In this document: positions 28,157 through 37,559 of the stretch, in pieces
How positions within the stretch are numbered: the stretch's first letter is position 1
Layout: each line of letters opens with the position of its first letter
Assembly (NCBI GenBank): GCA_037134875.1
Contig: JBAXLH010000002.1
Coordinates: 27,719-91,718, forward strand
Direction of reading: 5' to 3'
Length of the DNA: 64,000 nt
DNA from: a bacterium
Lineage (GTDB): Bacteria; Patescibacteriota; Minisyncoccia; Phycocordibacterales; DATDWN01
Notes under the pieces: generated by a model
Seen by the model: only the letters and a program-made list of their open reading frames with translations
What the model was told of the DNA's origin: nothing
The model's database searches: none
Made by a program: the position numbers and the translations under genes

Positions 28157-29146
28157 TTACTTTAATAATTGTAAAATAAGTTTAATTATTTTTTCTTTGT
28201 CTTTTGGATTACTTTCAGCAACAAGAATAGTCAGTGCAGTCAAAGCAGGAGGAGTCATTTTGGTAGTATTCAATAATTTAGATTGTTTTAAAAACCATAC
28301 AAAAGCATATGCGCCACTACGTTTATTACCATCTACAAACGGGTGATTCTTTACCATAAAATACAAAAGATGTGCCGCTTTTTCTTCTACGGTTTCGTAT
28401 AGTTCTTTTCCCGCAAATGACTGCATCACGTTGCCAACAATACCAGCAATGGTTCCCTCATTTCGTTCCATACCAAATATGTCCGTAGCTTCATCTTTTT
28501 CAATCAGAACATTTTTGAGCTCAACCAAACTTTTTGAAAGTTTATCGGCTGTGAGACTAACACTTTTTCTGGTAGCTCCTTTTGTTACTAACACATCTCT
28601 ATCATATGCATCAAGTGATAGCCAAGTATCAGCAAACATATGTATAAGCTCGATAACACTCTCTGTATCAATGTGTGCTCCAGATGGCAGAAGCTTTTTG
28701 ATAGTACTTATTGCTTCCAAAAATTGCTCGTAATTCTGAGTAATTCGTTTTTTATTTATTGTATAACCATCAACAATATGCCCTCGAAGAGTTTTTGTTG
28801 CCCATTGACGAAACTGGGTAGCTTTTTTGCTATTTACTCGGTAGCCAACTGACAATATCATATCCAAATTATAGTGATTGATTTCACGTTCTATTTTTCT
28901 TTCACCTTCTTTTTGAACTATCCGGAATTTCCGGATAGTTGAACTCTCAAATAATTCCTTTGTTTTATATATATTTTTTATGTGTTCGTTAATTGTTCGA
29001 ACATCAACATCAAATGCAGAAGCTATTTGTGCTTGTGTAGCCCAAACTGTGTCTCGTGAAAAATCACCTCGGAGCTCGATCGCCCCGTTTTTTGCTTGAT
29101 ATATCACGACTGAATTTTTTGATATTTCCTTTTTCATTATATTCAA
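28157..29146 (-). CDS. RhuM-family / Fic-domain protein
   Basis: 329 aa. C-terminal Fic motif HPFVDGNKRSGAYAFVWFL (HPFx[DE]GN[GK]R). N-terminal RhuM-like DNA-binding region. Confidence 0.7.
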   Translation of the reverse strand: MNIMKKEISKNSVVIYQAKNGAIELRGDFSRDTVWATQAQIASAFDVDVRTINEHIKNIYKTKELFESSTIRKFRIVQKEGERKIEREINHYNLDMILSVGYRVNSKKATQFRQWATKTLRGHIVDGYTINKKRITQNYEQFLEAISTIKKLLPSGAHIDTESVIELIHMFADTWLSLDAYDRDVLVTKGATRKSVSLTADKLSKSLVELKNVLIEKDEATDIFGMERNEGTIAGIVGNVMQSFAGKELYETVEEKAAHLLYFMVKNHPFVDGNKRSGAYAFVWFLKQSKLLNTTKMTPPALTALTILVAESNPKDKEKIIKLILQLLK

Positions 29147-29164
29147 TCATATCACAAGACAAAT

Positions 29165-30319
29165 CTATTTCAGATATTTTTTCTTTTTCAACTTTTCGGG
29201 CAGATAACTTTCCTCGGTATACATTTCGTAGCCTTTGCTATAATCCAAATCTTTCATCAGCTTGGTGGGTGCGTTACGAATCTGGAGTGGCACGGGTAGG
29301 TTGCCGTACTTTTTGACGTCCGCCATTGCGAGGAGATATGCGTCGTATGCCGAACGATCTTTTTTGGCTTGCGAAAGGTATACGACTCCGTGCGCCAAAT
29401 TTTCCGCGCACTCTGGTAGGCCGATCGTCTCCACAGCACGGAACACGGCGTTTGCCACGACGAGTGCAGTCGGCTGAGCCAGACCAATGTCCTCGCTCGC
29501 AAACACCACCATTCTGCGAGCAATAAATTTTGGGTCTTCACCAGCCTCAATCATTCGACACATATAATACAGTGCGGCATCCGGCTGACTCGCACGCATA
29601 CTTTTTATAAACGCCGAAATGGTGTTGTAGTGCTCCTCGCCTGCTTTGTCGTATCGAATAAATTTTGATTGAATCGCCTGCTTCAGATTGTCTACAGAAA
29701 TTGTGCCGTACAGATTGAGCGTCGCTTCGATGACTGAGATCGCTTGCCGAGCATCACCATTTGCCATCGCCACCAGCCAGTCGCGCGACTCCTTGTCGAT
29801 TTTTATCTTTGCTTCTTTTTTCGTTCGGTCAATAATCGTCGCCATTTCCTCCGGAGAAAATTCGTTGAGCACAAAGACTCTGCATCGCGAGAGGAGTGGC
29901 GAGATGACTTCAAAGCTCGGATTCTCTGTCGTCGCACCAATGAGTGTCAGCTCGCCCGACTCGACATACGGCAAGAGAAAGTCTTGCTGAGATTTGTTAA
30001 AGCGATGAATTTCGTCGAGAAATAATATTTTTGGTTTTTTGTTTTCGGTCGGATTTTTTGCAGCCGAGTCAATTATTTTTCTGATATCATCCTTGCCCGC
30101 CGATACAGCCGAGAGTTCGTAAAAATCTGCGTCGAGCGAGTGCGCGTACATACGTGCGAGTGTAGTTTTGCCAACGCCCGGTGGCCCCCAGAAAATAAAC
30201 GAAAACAGGTGTCGCTTTTCAATAGCAACACGCAGAGGCTTTCCCTCGCCCACGAGATGGTTTTGGCCGACAAAATCATCGAGGGTCAATGGTCTGATTT
30301 TTGAAGCGAGCGGTTCCAT
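29165..30319 (-). CDS. rarA: Replication-associated recombination protein A (RarA/MgsA AAA+ ATPase)
   Basis: 384 aa. IRPLTLDDFVGQNHLVGEGKPLRVAI. Walker A GPPGVGKTTLARM. ILFLDEIHRFNKSQQD. Confidence 0.9.
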   Translation of the reverse strand: MEPLASKIRPLTLDDFVGQNHLVGEGKPLRVAIEKRHLFSFIFWGPPGVGKTTLARMYAHSLDADFYELSAVSAGKDDIRKIIDSAAKNPTENKKPKILFLDEIHRFNKSQQDFLLPYVESGELTLIGATTENPSFEVISPLLSRCRVFVLNEFSPEEMATIIDRTKKEAKIKIDKESRDWLVAMANGDARQAISVIEATLNLYGTISVDNLKQAIQSKFIRYDKAGEEHYNTISAFIKSMRASQPDAALYYMCRMIEAGEDPKFIARRMVVFASEDIGLAQPTALVVANAVFRAVETIGLPECAENLAHGVVYLSQAKKDRSAYDAYLLAMADVKKYGNLPVPLQIRNAPTKLMKDLDYSKGYEMYTEESYLPEKLKKKKYLK

Positions 30320-30364
30320 ACCGGTATTGTACTCCTTTTATACCAGAGTGCCATTATGGGTTGA

Positions 30365-30910
30365 TTATATATTTCGAGCGTCGTATGCCCAGTGCAAGAG
30401 AGCCTGACGTTGTCGCGGTCGACAGTATGTGTCTCCGACCCGACAATGTTTTGCGATTTGAGCAATGTGCCGACGCATTTTAGACCAGCGATTGATTTGC
30501 CTTTCATCCTCATCTGGAATTCTCCTGCCTGCATAATACCGACAATACCACTGAAACCATCCTCGTGGATCATCGGCATATATCCAGCCATTGCGTCTCC
30601 AAACAGAAAGAGATTGACTCGCGTTCACCTTAAAAAAATTTAGATTTTTGTCGCGCTTGTTGGGCGCAAATTTTACTTTGACAAACCACTGTTTCGGAAA
30701 CTCGTTTGTACAATCACGCATATACACTCCACCAAATACACCGAGCTGGAGCATTTGTTTTGGAGTGAGATCTGGTTTAAATCGCGCATCAAAATTTTTA
30801 CCTTCTGGTTCGGAAAGTTTGTATCTATAATTTTTCTGCATTTTGTCATGTACGATGACAATGTTCTCTTTCATATACTTATTTTGAATCTGAATTTTTG
30901 AACATACCAA
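30365..30910 (-). CDS. Conserved hypothetical protein with Trp/Tyr/Cys-rich C-terminal motif
   Basis: 181 aa. GWIYADDPRGWFQWYCRYYAGRR...HWAYDARN. Family not recognised. Confidence 0.45.
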   Translation of the reverse strand: MVCSKIQIQNKYMKENIVIVHDKMQKNYRYKLSEPEGKNFDARFKPDLTPKQMLQLGVFGGVYMRDCTNEFPKQWFVKVKFAPNKRDKNLNFFKVNASQSLSVWRRNGWIYADDPRGWFQWYCRYYAGRRIPDEDERQINRWSKMRRHIAQIAKHCRVGDTYCRPRQRQALLHWAYDARNI

Positions 30911-31223
30911 AAAATGCAGTGATGAGCGAGAGAGCTATCGCAAACCAAAACGCCGACCAAAAACCAGAAATATAAAATCCGGGAACGATCCGCGCAGCAA
31001 TCACAACAAACAGCGCGTTGACAAACAGAGACGAAATACCAAGTGTGAGAACCGTAATCGGGAGTGTAATAAATTTGACGATGGGTTTAATAAACAAGTT
31101 GATAATTCCGAGCACGACCGCGAGCAGGAACGCTCCGGCAAGCGTGACGGTCGTCCCAGCGACAAGATATGATGCAATAAAAATCGCAAGCATTGATACA
31201 AGAAGATGTGATATGAGTTTCAT
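30879..31223 (-). CDS. Phage-holin-family (4-TMS) small membrane protein
   Basis: Start taken at MKLISHLLVSMLAIF. Four TM helices and a ...GFYISGFWSAFWFAIALSL pattern of the holin 4-2/YqeB-type family. The track's longer ORF (to 31292) overlaps its neighbour. Confidence 0.5.
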   Translation of the reverse strand: MKLISHLLVSMLAIFIASYLVAGTTVTLAGAFLLAVVLGIINLFIKPIVKFITLPITVLTLGISSLFVNALFVVIAARIVPGFYISGFWSAFWFAIALSLITAFFGMFKNSDSK

Positions 31224-31301
31224 ATCTTCAATTATGATACAAAAGAGCAAAATTTTCAAATAAAAAACCCGGCCAGTTGGCCGAGCATACAAATAAACTT
31301 T

Positions 31302-32093
31302 TTATCTTGTTTTATTAAACTTTACAAACGCGTTCGCGAGATAGCGTCGTGCTTTCTCGACAACGAATTTGTCATTATTGTCGCGGAGTTTGCTCTCCAC
31401 ATCAATACTCATCATTGGATAACTCGAAATAAGTGGGCCAAGACTGAGAAGATCAAATTTGTCCGGACCGAGACCACCAGCAACTCCGAGAGAGAAACTG
31501 GGATGCGCCCATTTGATCGCTTGGAAAGTTTTCAAAACCAGATATGGATCAAAATCTCTTGCAAGACCACAGCTCGGATCAATAAGAACGTAGTCGACAA
31601 GCGACTTGTAATGACCGACCCACGAGGCAATCATCCCTGGCTCATTCATTACTTCTGCCATAGCGGGACTCCCCACTTGCAGAACAATTTTGAGCCCAGG
31701 ATAACGCACACGAATTGTTTCAAGAGCCAAAACCGATGGCCACGCAACATTGAATTGAATACCATGGAGATTTTTTCCTCCAATTTCCACCACCCGATTG
31801 ACCTGTTCGACAAACGAATTGGTCGTCGGATCAGTTGTGGAATAATGAATGAAATTTAAGACCTTTGAATCTTTGATGAAAATATCCTTGATCTTTTGGA
31901 CCTTTGGATATCTTTCCGGAAGTTTTTCCAGTCTACCATTCAGTGTCTCCAAACTTGCTAGCACACCCACCATCACCGAATGAGTATGACCTTCCGGGAT
32001 ATTGTCTTCAATACTGCCGATCACCTGACCTTGGTCAGTAAAACCTGTCATCCCAATATAGGGAGGATTTTGAACGAGAGGTTCTGGTACCAT
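31302..32093 (-). CDS. Hypothetical protein (possible TIM-barrel enzyme)
   Basis: 263 aa. IDPSCGLA...LGVAGGLGPD weakly reminiscent of (beta/alpha)8 phosphate-binding enzymes. Not assigned. Confidence 0.35.
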   Translation of the reverse strand: MVPEPLVQNPPYIGMTGFTDQGQVIGSIEDNIPEGHTHSVMVGVLASLETLNGRLEKLPERYPKVQKIKDIFIKDSKVLNFIHYSTTDPTTNSFVEQVNRVVEIGGKNLHGIQFNVAWPSVLALETIRVRYPGLKIVLQVGSPAMAEVMNEPGMIASWVGHYKSLVDYVLIDPSCGLARDFDPYLVLKTFQAIKWAHPSFSLGVAGGLGPDKFDLLSLGPLISSYPMMSIDVESKLRDNNDKFVVEKARRYLANAFVKFNKTR

Positions 32094-32145
32094 ATTCCGC
32101 CTGTAATAGTGCTACATCCAAAAGAAAAAAGCAATTTTGAAAAAA

Positions 32146-33807
32146 TTATTCCAAGAAAAGTCGTGCGAGGCGGATTTTGAGATAGGTTGGTTTCTTTTTT
32201 TGTCTCTGCAAAATGTTGTAGACAGGTGCAAGCGTAATCGTGCCAGCTTTTTTGAATGCAGACAAAATATCATCGAGTTCACTGCGTTTGAATTCACGAC
32301 GCAAATATGAAAAGTCCGGGCACTTGTCCTCCTCCAAAAGTTTTTCGATATGTGAGACGATTGTTTCCGACTTGAGTCCCCTACTATCCGCAATTTTTTC
32401 GAGAGGCATTTCTTCACGGAGCATATCGGCAGTAATTTCCTCTGTACTTTTTTTCAACAGTTTTTCTTTCTTTTTGATTCTGACTTTTTCTTCCGGCTCG
32501 ATTGATTTCAAAAATTCGTTTTGCTTTTTTGTGATTTCATCTCGTGACATTTTTTCTAATTTTTCTCGGGCCTCATCCGACATTTCTTGAAACTCTCTGT
32601 CGTATTCCAACACCTCTGGATCTACTTCGAGTGCTGTCGTGTTCCAACCGATGAGTTTTATTCCACCGAGAGATCGCACACGCGAGAGTGCCACATATCC
32701 CATTCCGCGAACAAATGATTTTGAGAGATCGACTTCCATAGCGTCGAGGGACATTCCTTGACTTTTGTGCACCGTAATAGCCCAAGCCAGCCGGAGTGGA
32801 AACTGGGTGATTTCTGCTTTGACCGATCCCTCCTCCTCGATTTTCCACGACATTGGCGTGGCTGTGACTGTCCGACCATTTGCCAGACGTACGACCGGAC
32901 CATCATAGCTAAATTCCTGTATCACACCGAGTGAGCCATTTACAAACTGCCCTTCCGGATGATTTTTGGTAAACATTACTTTTGCTCCAACTTTCAAAAT
33001 GAGTTCTTCTGGCGAGAGACAACTTTTTTTGAGAGATTCCAAAATAAATTTGGAGCCTTTTGATTTCATTTGAAAAAATTTTGCATCACCGCTCACGAGG
33101 TCTAGGTGTCGCAAGTTAATAAAATCAACATCAATATTGTGTGTGTGAACTTTGGTCGGCTCTACCCCGGTGTCAGGATCTTGTCCGACACGACTGCGCA
33201 AAAGTTCCAGCGTTTTTTTGCTGACACTGTTTTGGCGGATCTCGTTTAAAATGGAAAGGTACGTGTTGTCTTTTTGTCTGTGCTGTTCCGAGAGATAGCA
33301 GACGGTGAGCTTGGCCTCTTGCCACGCTGTGGACTTGAACGCGTACTCAGACTCGGAAATTTCTCCGCGTGTGACCGGAGGTAATTGGAAAAAATCTCCA
33401 CAGAAAATAACTTGCAATCCGCCAAATGATTTTTCGTTGTGTTTAAATTGCCGACAAATCCACTCGATGAGGTCAAGCCGAAAATGATGGAGCATTGAGA
33501 CCTCGTCGATAATGAGCACTTTTGTTTTTTCAAAACGTTTGTAGAGATACGGTCTCTGCATCATATCGTCAATATCTCTGTCATCGATCATATCTCGCAC
33601 GCCGAGACCAGACCACGAGTGTATGGTCATTCCACCGATATGCGTCGCCGCAATACCTGTCGATGCTGTCACAGCCACATCAATTGCATTTGATTTCAAA
33701 TATTTTATATATTCATTTAACACATATGTCTTGCCACTTCCCGCTGGGCCAGTCAAAAAAACATTTTTGCCAAGTTTCAAAATATCAAGAGCTTCCTTTT
33801 GAGTCAT
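32146..33807 (-). CDS. PIF1/RecD-like superfamily 1 DNA helicase
   Basis: 553 aa. Walker A LTGPAGSGKTYVL. ATTGIAA. LIIDEVSML. Helicase motifs through VHKSQGM. C-terminal HTH-like tail. Confidence 0.8.
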   Translation of the reverse strand: MTQKEALDILKLGKNVFLTGPAGSGKTYVLNEYIKYLKSNAIDVAVTASTGIAATHIGGMTIHSWSGLGVRDMIDDRDIDDMMQRPYLYKRFEKTKVLIIDEVSMLHHFRLDLIEWICRQFKHNEKSFGGLQVIFCGDFFQLPPVTRGEISESEYAFKSTAWQEAKLTVCYLSEQHRQKDNTYLSILNEIRQNSVSKKTLELLRSRVGQDPDTGVEPTKVHTHNIDVDFINLRHLDLVSGDAKFFQMKSKGSKFILESLKKSCLSPEELILKVGAKVMFTKNHPEGQFVNGSLGVIQEFSYDGPVVRLANGRTVTATPMSWKIEEEGSVKAEITQFPLRLAWAITVHKSQGMSLDAMEVDLSKSFVRGMGYVALSRVRSLGGIKLIGWNTTALEVDPEVLEYDREFQEMSDEAREKLEKMSRDEITKKQNEFLKSIEPEEKVRIKKKEKLLKKSTEEITADMLREEMPLEKIADSRGLKSETIVSHIEKLLEEDKCPDFSYLRREFKRSELDDILSAFKKAGTITLAPVYNILQRQKKKPTYLKIRLARLFLE

Positions 33808-33882
33808 TGATACATTGTATCAGTAACAGACACTTGTGGACAAATATTTTATACGTGGTAGAATAAAAATTGGAGGTTCACC

Positions 33883-34221
33883 ATGTTCAGCGAAGTCAAA
33901 AAGGAAAGCTCTGTGATAACCAGAGCACGTGTGTACATCGCTAATATTGTGATGAGCGTCGCAATTTTGGACGCACTCATTCATACAATAAAAGAAGAGA
34001 GATTTTTTGGATCTTCCCTCTTTGTTATCGCGGGAAGTCTGCTATATATGGCATGGCTCGTCAAAACTTTTGACGCCATCTATGAAGCATTTGTGAATAT
34101 GAATCCGCTCGCTCGACGACGCGAACTCTGTGCCATCTGTGCACTCGGACTCATTATTATTATGATTTTTATTTTCAAGCACCAGCCAATCGTCGGCGAG
34201 GTGTTTTTCTTTTGTTTGTAA
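33883..34221 (+). CDS. Hypothetical small membrane protein
   Basis: 112 aa, three TM helices. Confidence 0.4.
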   Translation: MFSEVKKESSVITRARVYIANIVMSVAILDALIHTIKEERFFGSSLFVIAGSLLYMAWLVKTFDAIYEAFVNMNPLARRRELCAICALGLIIIMIFIFKHQPIVGEVFFFCL

Positions 34222-34241
34222 ATATTGACAAATATAAATAA

Positions 34242-34550
34242 TTGAGTATATTTTATTTCGGAATGATCTCGAAAGAAGAAGCCTTGAAAATCAGAGACGG
34301 GAGACGTAGATTTCTCGTCAATGAATATGTTGATAAACTGGAAGAAGTCGTGGATGTAATTATTAGGAATCGTTTTGGCCTTGTAGCCAATCAAAGGGAG
34401 ATTGATATGGTTCCTGATGCAGGACTCAATTTTCCGGATGAGGATATGATAGCTGAATTCCAGAGCAGATATCCTGAGTGGAAAATTATTTTTGAGCCTT
34501 TTCCTGGCAATAATGGGAAAGATATGAAAATCACGATGATCCTGAAATAA
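34242..34550 (+). CDS. Hypothetical small protein
   Basis: 102 aa (possibly starting at MISKEEAL). Followed directly by a hairpin plus U7 terminator. Confidence 0.45.
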   Translation: MSIFYFGMISKEEALKIRDGRRRFLVNEYVDKLEEVVDVIIRNRFGLVANQREIDMVPDAGLNFPDEDMIAEFQSRYPEWKIIFEPFPGNNGKDMKITMILK

Positions 34551-34551
34551 T

Positions 34552-34600
34552 AGACCGGCCTGACAACTGTGGTTGTCTGGGTCGGATTTTTTTATGCCTG
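34552..34600 (+). terminator. Rho-independent terminator
   Basis: GACCGGCCUGACAACUGUGGUUGUCUGGGUCGGAUUUUUUU. Confidence 0.55.
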
Positions 34601-35335
34601 AATTCGTTTGAAAAATTCGGCGCCAATATAAAGACAGACAAATGCAATGAAGGCTAGGATGAGCGCGTCGAGACCAAACGAGAAAATATGTTGACCAATG
34701 AGTGCTCCGCGAATACCGTCGATAGCATACGTCAGCGGATTTGCATGAACAATAATATTAAATAGACTTGGCAGACCGACTATTGGGAACAGCGCACCAG
34801 AGAGAAAGAAAAGTGGCATTACAAGAAAGTTTATAATGAGCGGAAAGCTTTGCATATCATCGAGCTTGGAGGCAATCATTGTACCAAACGCCGTAAAGAA
34901 AAGTGCAAGAAGAAACATAAAAACAATAGCAAGTGGAATTCCAGCGAGCAAAGGTTTGAATCCTGCTAGTAATGTAATGAGGAGGACAATAATTCCCTGA
35001 ATAAATGCAACCGTCGTACCACCAAGTGTACGTCCGAGCATAATATTGAAACGCGAAACAGGCGCGACAAGAGTCTCTTTCAAAAAACCAAACTGTTTGT
35101 CCCAAATAATTTCAATACCAGAAAAAACTGCCGTGAACATAACAGTCATTGCAATAATTCCGGGAGCCAAAAATTGGATGTAACTTCCCTCACCCGCTTT
35201 TGCAAATGTAGAACCAAATCCAAATCCGAACGCAAAGAGAAACAAAAGTGGCTGCGCCAAAGAAGCAAACATACGTTGTTTTGATCTTGAATATCTTTTG
35301 AGTTGTCTAAGCCACAAAATGTAAATTGTTTTCAT
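34592..35335 (-). CDS. ABC-2-type transporter permease
   Basis: Six TM helices. Start chosen at MKTIYILWLRQLKRY (ABC-2 N-terminal signature). Confidence 0.75.
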   Translation of the reverse strand: MKTIYILWLRQLKRYSRSKQRMFASLAQPLLFLFAFGFGFGSTFAKAGEGSYIQFLAPGIIAMTVMFTAVFSGIEIIWDKQFGFLKETLVAPVSRFNIMLGRTLGGTTVAFIQGIIVLLITLLAGFKPLLAGIPLAIVFMFLLALFFTAFGTMIASKLDDMQSFPLIINFLVMPLFFLSGALFPIVGLPSLFNIIVHANPLTYAIDGIRGALIGQHIFSFGLDALILAFIAFVCLYIGAEFFKRIQA

Positions 35336-35350
35336 ATAATTTGAATTATG

Positions 35351-35522
35351 AGAGGTAAAGATGAAAGAAATGTTTTTCTGGAGCATCCACAGGCCGTGAG
35401 CATGGTCTTGTCAACGACCCGAGCACAGCGAGGGCTCTTGACAAGTCACGGCCGAGGACCGAATGAGCTTTTCGCCGGAAAAGCGAATGTCTCCTGAAAA
35501 ATATTTCTTTCATCTTTACCTC
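35351..35522. mobile_element. 172-bp palindromic MITE-like element with 32-bp imperfect terminal inverted repeats
   Basis: TIR gaggtaaagatgaaagaaatgtttttctggag (35351-35382) matches the RC of 35491-35522 at 30/32. The ~108-bp GC-rich core has nested palindromes (GGCCGTGA...TCACGGCC; TTGTCAA...TTGACAA). It encodes a 55-aa ORF with a GGGAGG Shine-Dalgarno on the minus strand. Confidence 0.5.
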
Positions 35523-36304
35523 CCCCACATTCTATTTGTTAATCTCTTATTATCCAACCCGACTGATTCCTCTCTGATCTGTTTACCAGTGAGTGTCAAA
35601 AACGCGTCCTCGAGTGTTGCTGATTTTGTTTGTTCTTTGAGCTCGGCTGATGTACCAGATGCAATAATAACACCTTGGTCGATGATTGATACTCTATCAG
35701 CATTTTTGTCCGCCTCCTCCATATAATGCGTCGTAAAGAAAACAGTCAGACCTTCTTTCTGATTTAATTTTTTCACATAGTCCCACATATGATTTCGCGT
35801 CTGAGGATCGAGACCGAGTGTTGGCTCGTCGAGAAACAACACTTTTGGATGATGCAAAAGTCCACGCGCAATTTCAAGACGACGCTTCATTCCGCCGGAA
35901 AAATTTTTGGTCAAATCATCTTTCCTATCCCACAAATCAACAAGTTCCAAAAGTTCTTGGATACGAGGTTTGTACACTGATCTCGGAACATCATACATCA
36001 CGGCGTGGAGTTCCATATTTTCGTATGCAGTCATTTCTGTGTCTATGGACGGGTCTTGAAACACAATACCAAAAGATCGACGAGTTTCGTCAGGTTGTTT
36101 TGTCACATCAAAGCTGTTGAGATGAATTGAACCCGATGTCGGATCAAGAAGTGTTGTCAGCATTTTTATGCTTGTTGTTTTTCCGGCACCGTTTGGCCCA
36201 AGAAAAGCAAAAATTTCGCCTGGAGCAACAGAAAAACTAATATCTTTCACGGCGACAAAATCTCCAAACTTTTTTGTGACATTTTTTACTTCAATAATAT
36301 TCAT
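35516..36304 (-). CDS. ABC transporter ATP-binding protein
   Basis: Start at MNIIEVKNVTKKFGDF. Walker A GPNGAGKTT. LSGGMKRRLEIARGLL. Walker B LFLDEPT. The stop codon lies inside the right TIR of the palindromic element. Confidence 0.9.
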   Translation of the reverse strand: MNIIEVKNVTKKFGDFVAVKDISFSVAPGEIFAFLGPNGAGKTTSIKMLTTLLDPTSGSIHLNSFDVTKQPDETRRSFGIVFQDPSIDTEMTAYENMELHAVMYDVPRSVYKPRIQELLELVDLWDRKDDLTKNFSGGMKRRLEIARGLLHHPKVLFLDEPTLGLDPQTRNHMWDYVKKLNQKEGLTVFFTTHYMEEADKNADRVSIIDQGVIIASGTSAELKEQTKSATLEDAFLTLTGKQIREESVGLDNKRLTNRMWGR

Positions 36305-36342
36305 AGTCTGTAGTATACTATGACGCTGGACAAAATGGTATA

Positions 36343-37008
36343 TTACTTCAACTTTGTTTTTTGTTTTTCCTTCCACTCTTCTATTTTTTTGCGATCGCCA
36401 GAGAGTAGTACCTTTGGTACGCGATATTTTTTGCCTTTGTATTCCAAAATTTCTGGACGAGTGTACACATCTGGACTAGCTGTGCGAGATTCCTCGAGTG
36501 AATCAAAATTACCGAGCACACCCTCAACTTGGCGAGAAACACAATCAATCAAAATTTCTGCTGGAAGCTCCCCGCCTGTCAGTACAAAAGGACCAACAGA
36601 AATTTCTTCCATTTTAAATATTTTTTTGACTCGTGCATCAATCCCCTCATATCTTCCAGAAACCAAAATAATGTCAGTGTATTTTTTTGCCATCTTTTTT
36701 GCATAGTCAGTATCAAACTGTTTTCCGCTTGGTGAAAAGAAAATTATTTTGAGCTTTGCATTCTTTTTCTTTTTTATATTTGAAAGTGCTTTGTCTATTG
36801 CTCGTGCCACAGGCTCCGCCTGAATGACCATTCCCGGACCGCCAGAGTACGGCTTTTGGTCAATATGTTTGAATTTATTGTCAGAAAAATCTCGTGGATT
36901 GTAAAACTTCACTTTAATTTTCTTGTCCTCTATCGCCCGCGCCAAAATAGACTCGCTGAGATAGGAGTCAAACGACGGTGGAAACAAGGTTATAATATGA
37001 AAATTCAT
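36343..37008 (-). CDS. trmD: tRNA (guanine37-N1)-methyltransferase
   Basis: MNFHIITLFPPSFDSYL...YSGGPGMV...GRYEGID TrmD signature. Confidence 0.9.
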   Translation of the reverse strand: MNFHIITLFPPSFDSYLSESILARAIEDKKIKVKFYNPRDFSDNKFKHIDQKPYSGGPGMVIQAEPVARAIDKALSNIKKKKNAKLKIIFFSPSGKQFDTDYAKKMAKKYTDIILVSGRYEGIDARVKKIFKMEEISVGPFVLTGGELPAEILIDCVSRQVEGVLGNFDSLEESRTASPDVYTRPEILEYKGKKYRVPKVLLSGDRKKIEEWKEKQKTKLK

Positions 37009-37117
37009 AATAATATAATACAATACTTTCTGTATTTAATCAAATACCCACTAAACCCCTAAAACTTTCATAATTTGGATGAGATCCGACGTTGAGAAAT
37101 AAAAAATACTCGGAGAC

Positions 37118-37160
37118 GTACAATGGTACGTTGACGAGTATTTTTTGTTTCGAAACTAGG
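37118..37160 (-). terminator. Hairpin plus U-tract (bidirectional) between the KH gene and trmD
   Basis: aaaaaaUACUCGGAGACGUACAAUGGUACGUUGACGAGUAUUUUUUG. Confidence 0.45.
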
Positions 37161-37179
37161 AGATCGCCAAATTTGAAAG

Positions 37180-37503
37180 TTATAGTTTGAGATCCGCCAT
37201 TGCCTCGTCAACTGTTTTCGATGCAGAGGATGCAGCTGGCATTCTCTCCTTCATTCCCCCTGCTGGCTCGTTGATCTTTAGGTTTACACGAGCATTGTTT
37301 TTCATTCCAACAACTCGGAGGAGTGTTCGGATAGCCTTTGCGGTGTTACCCTCGCGACCTATGATTTTTCCCATATCGTTTTGGTTCACATCGAGAGTCA
37401 TAAGCACTCCCATCTCATCTACAGTTCGAGTTATTTTTACGTCCTGTGGATTTTCTACTAATGCCTTAATTACGAAATCCAAAAATTGTTCGTCTTGATT
37501 CAT
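37180..37503 (-). CDS. KH-domain RNA-binding protein (YlqC/UPF0109-like)
   Basis: 107 aa. GKIIGREGNTAKAIRTLL KH GxxG loop. Classical position between rpsP and trmD. Confidence 0.8.
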   Translation of the reverse strand: MNQDEQFLDFVIKALVENPQDVKITRTVDEMGVLMTLDVNQNDMGKIIGREGNTAKAIRTLLRVVGMKNNARVNLKINEPAGGMKERMPAASSASKTVDEAMADLKL

Positions 37504-37559
37504 GAATTCTATCTTAATGATAATTGCCTAACCCTATAATTATAATTGGAGAAGTGGTT

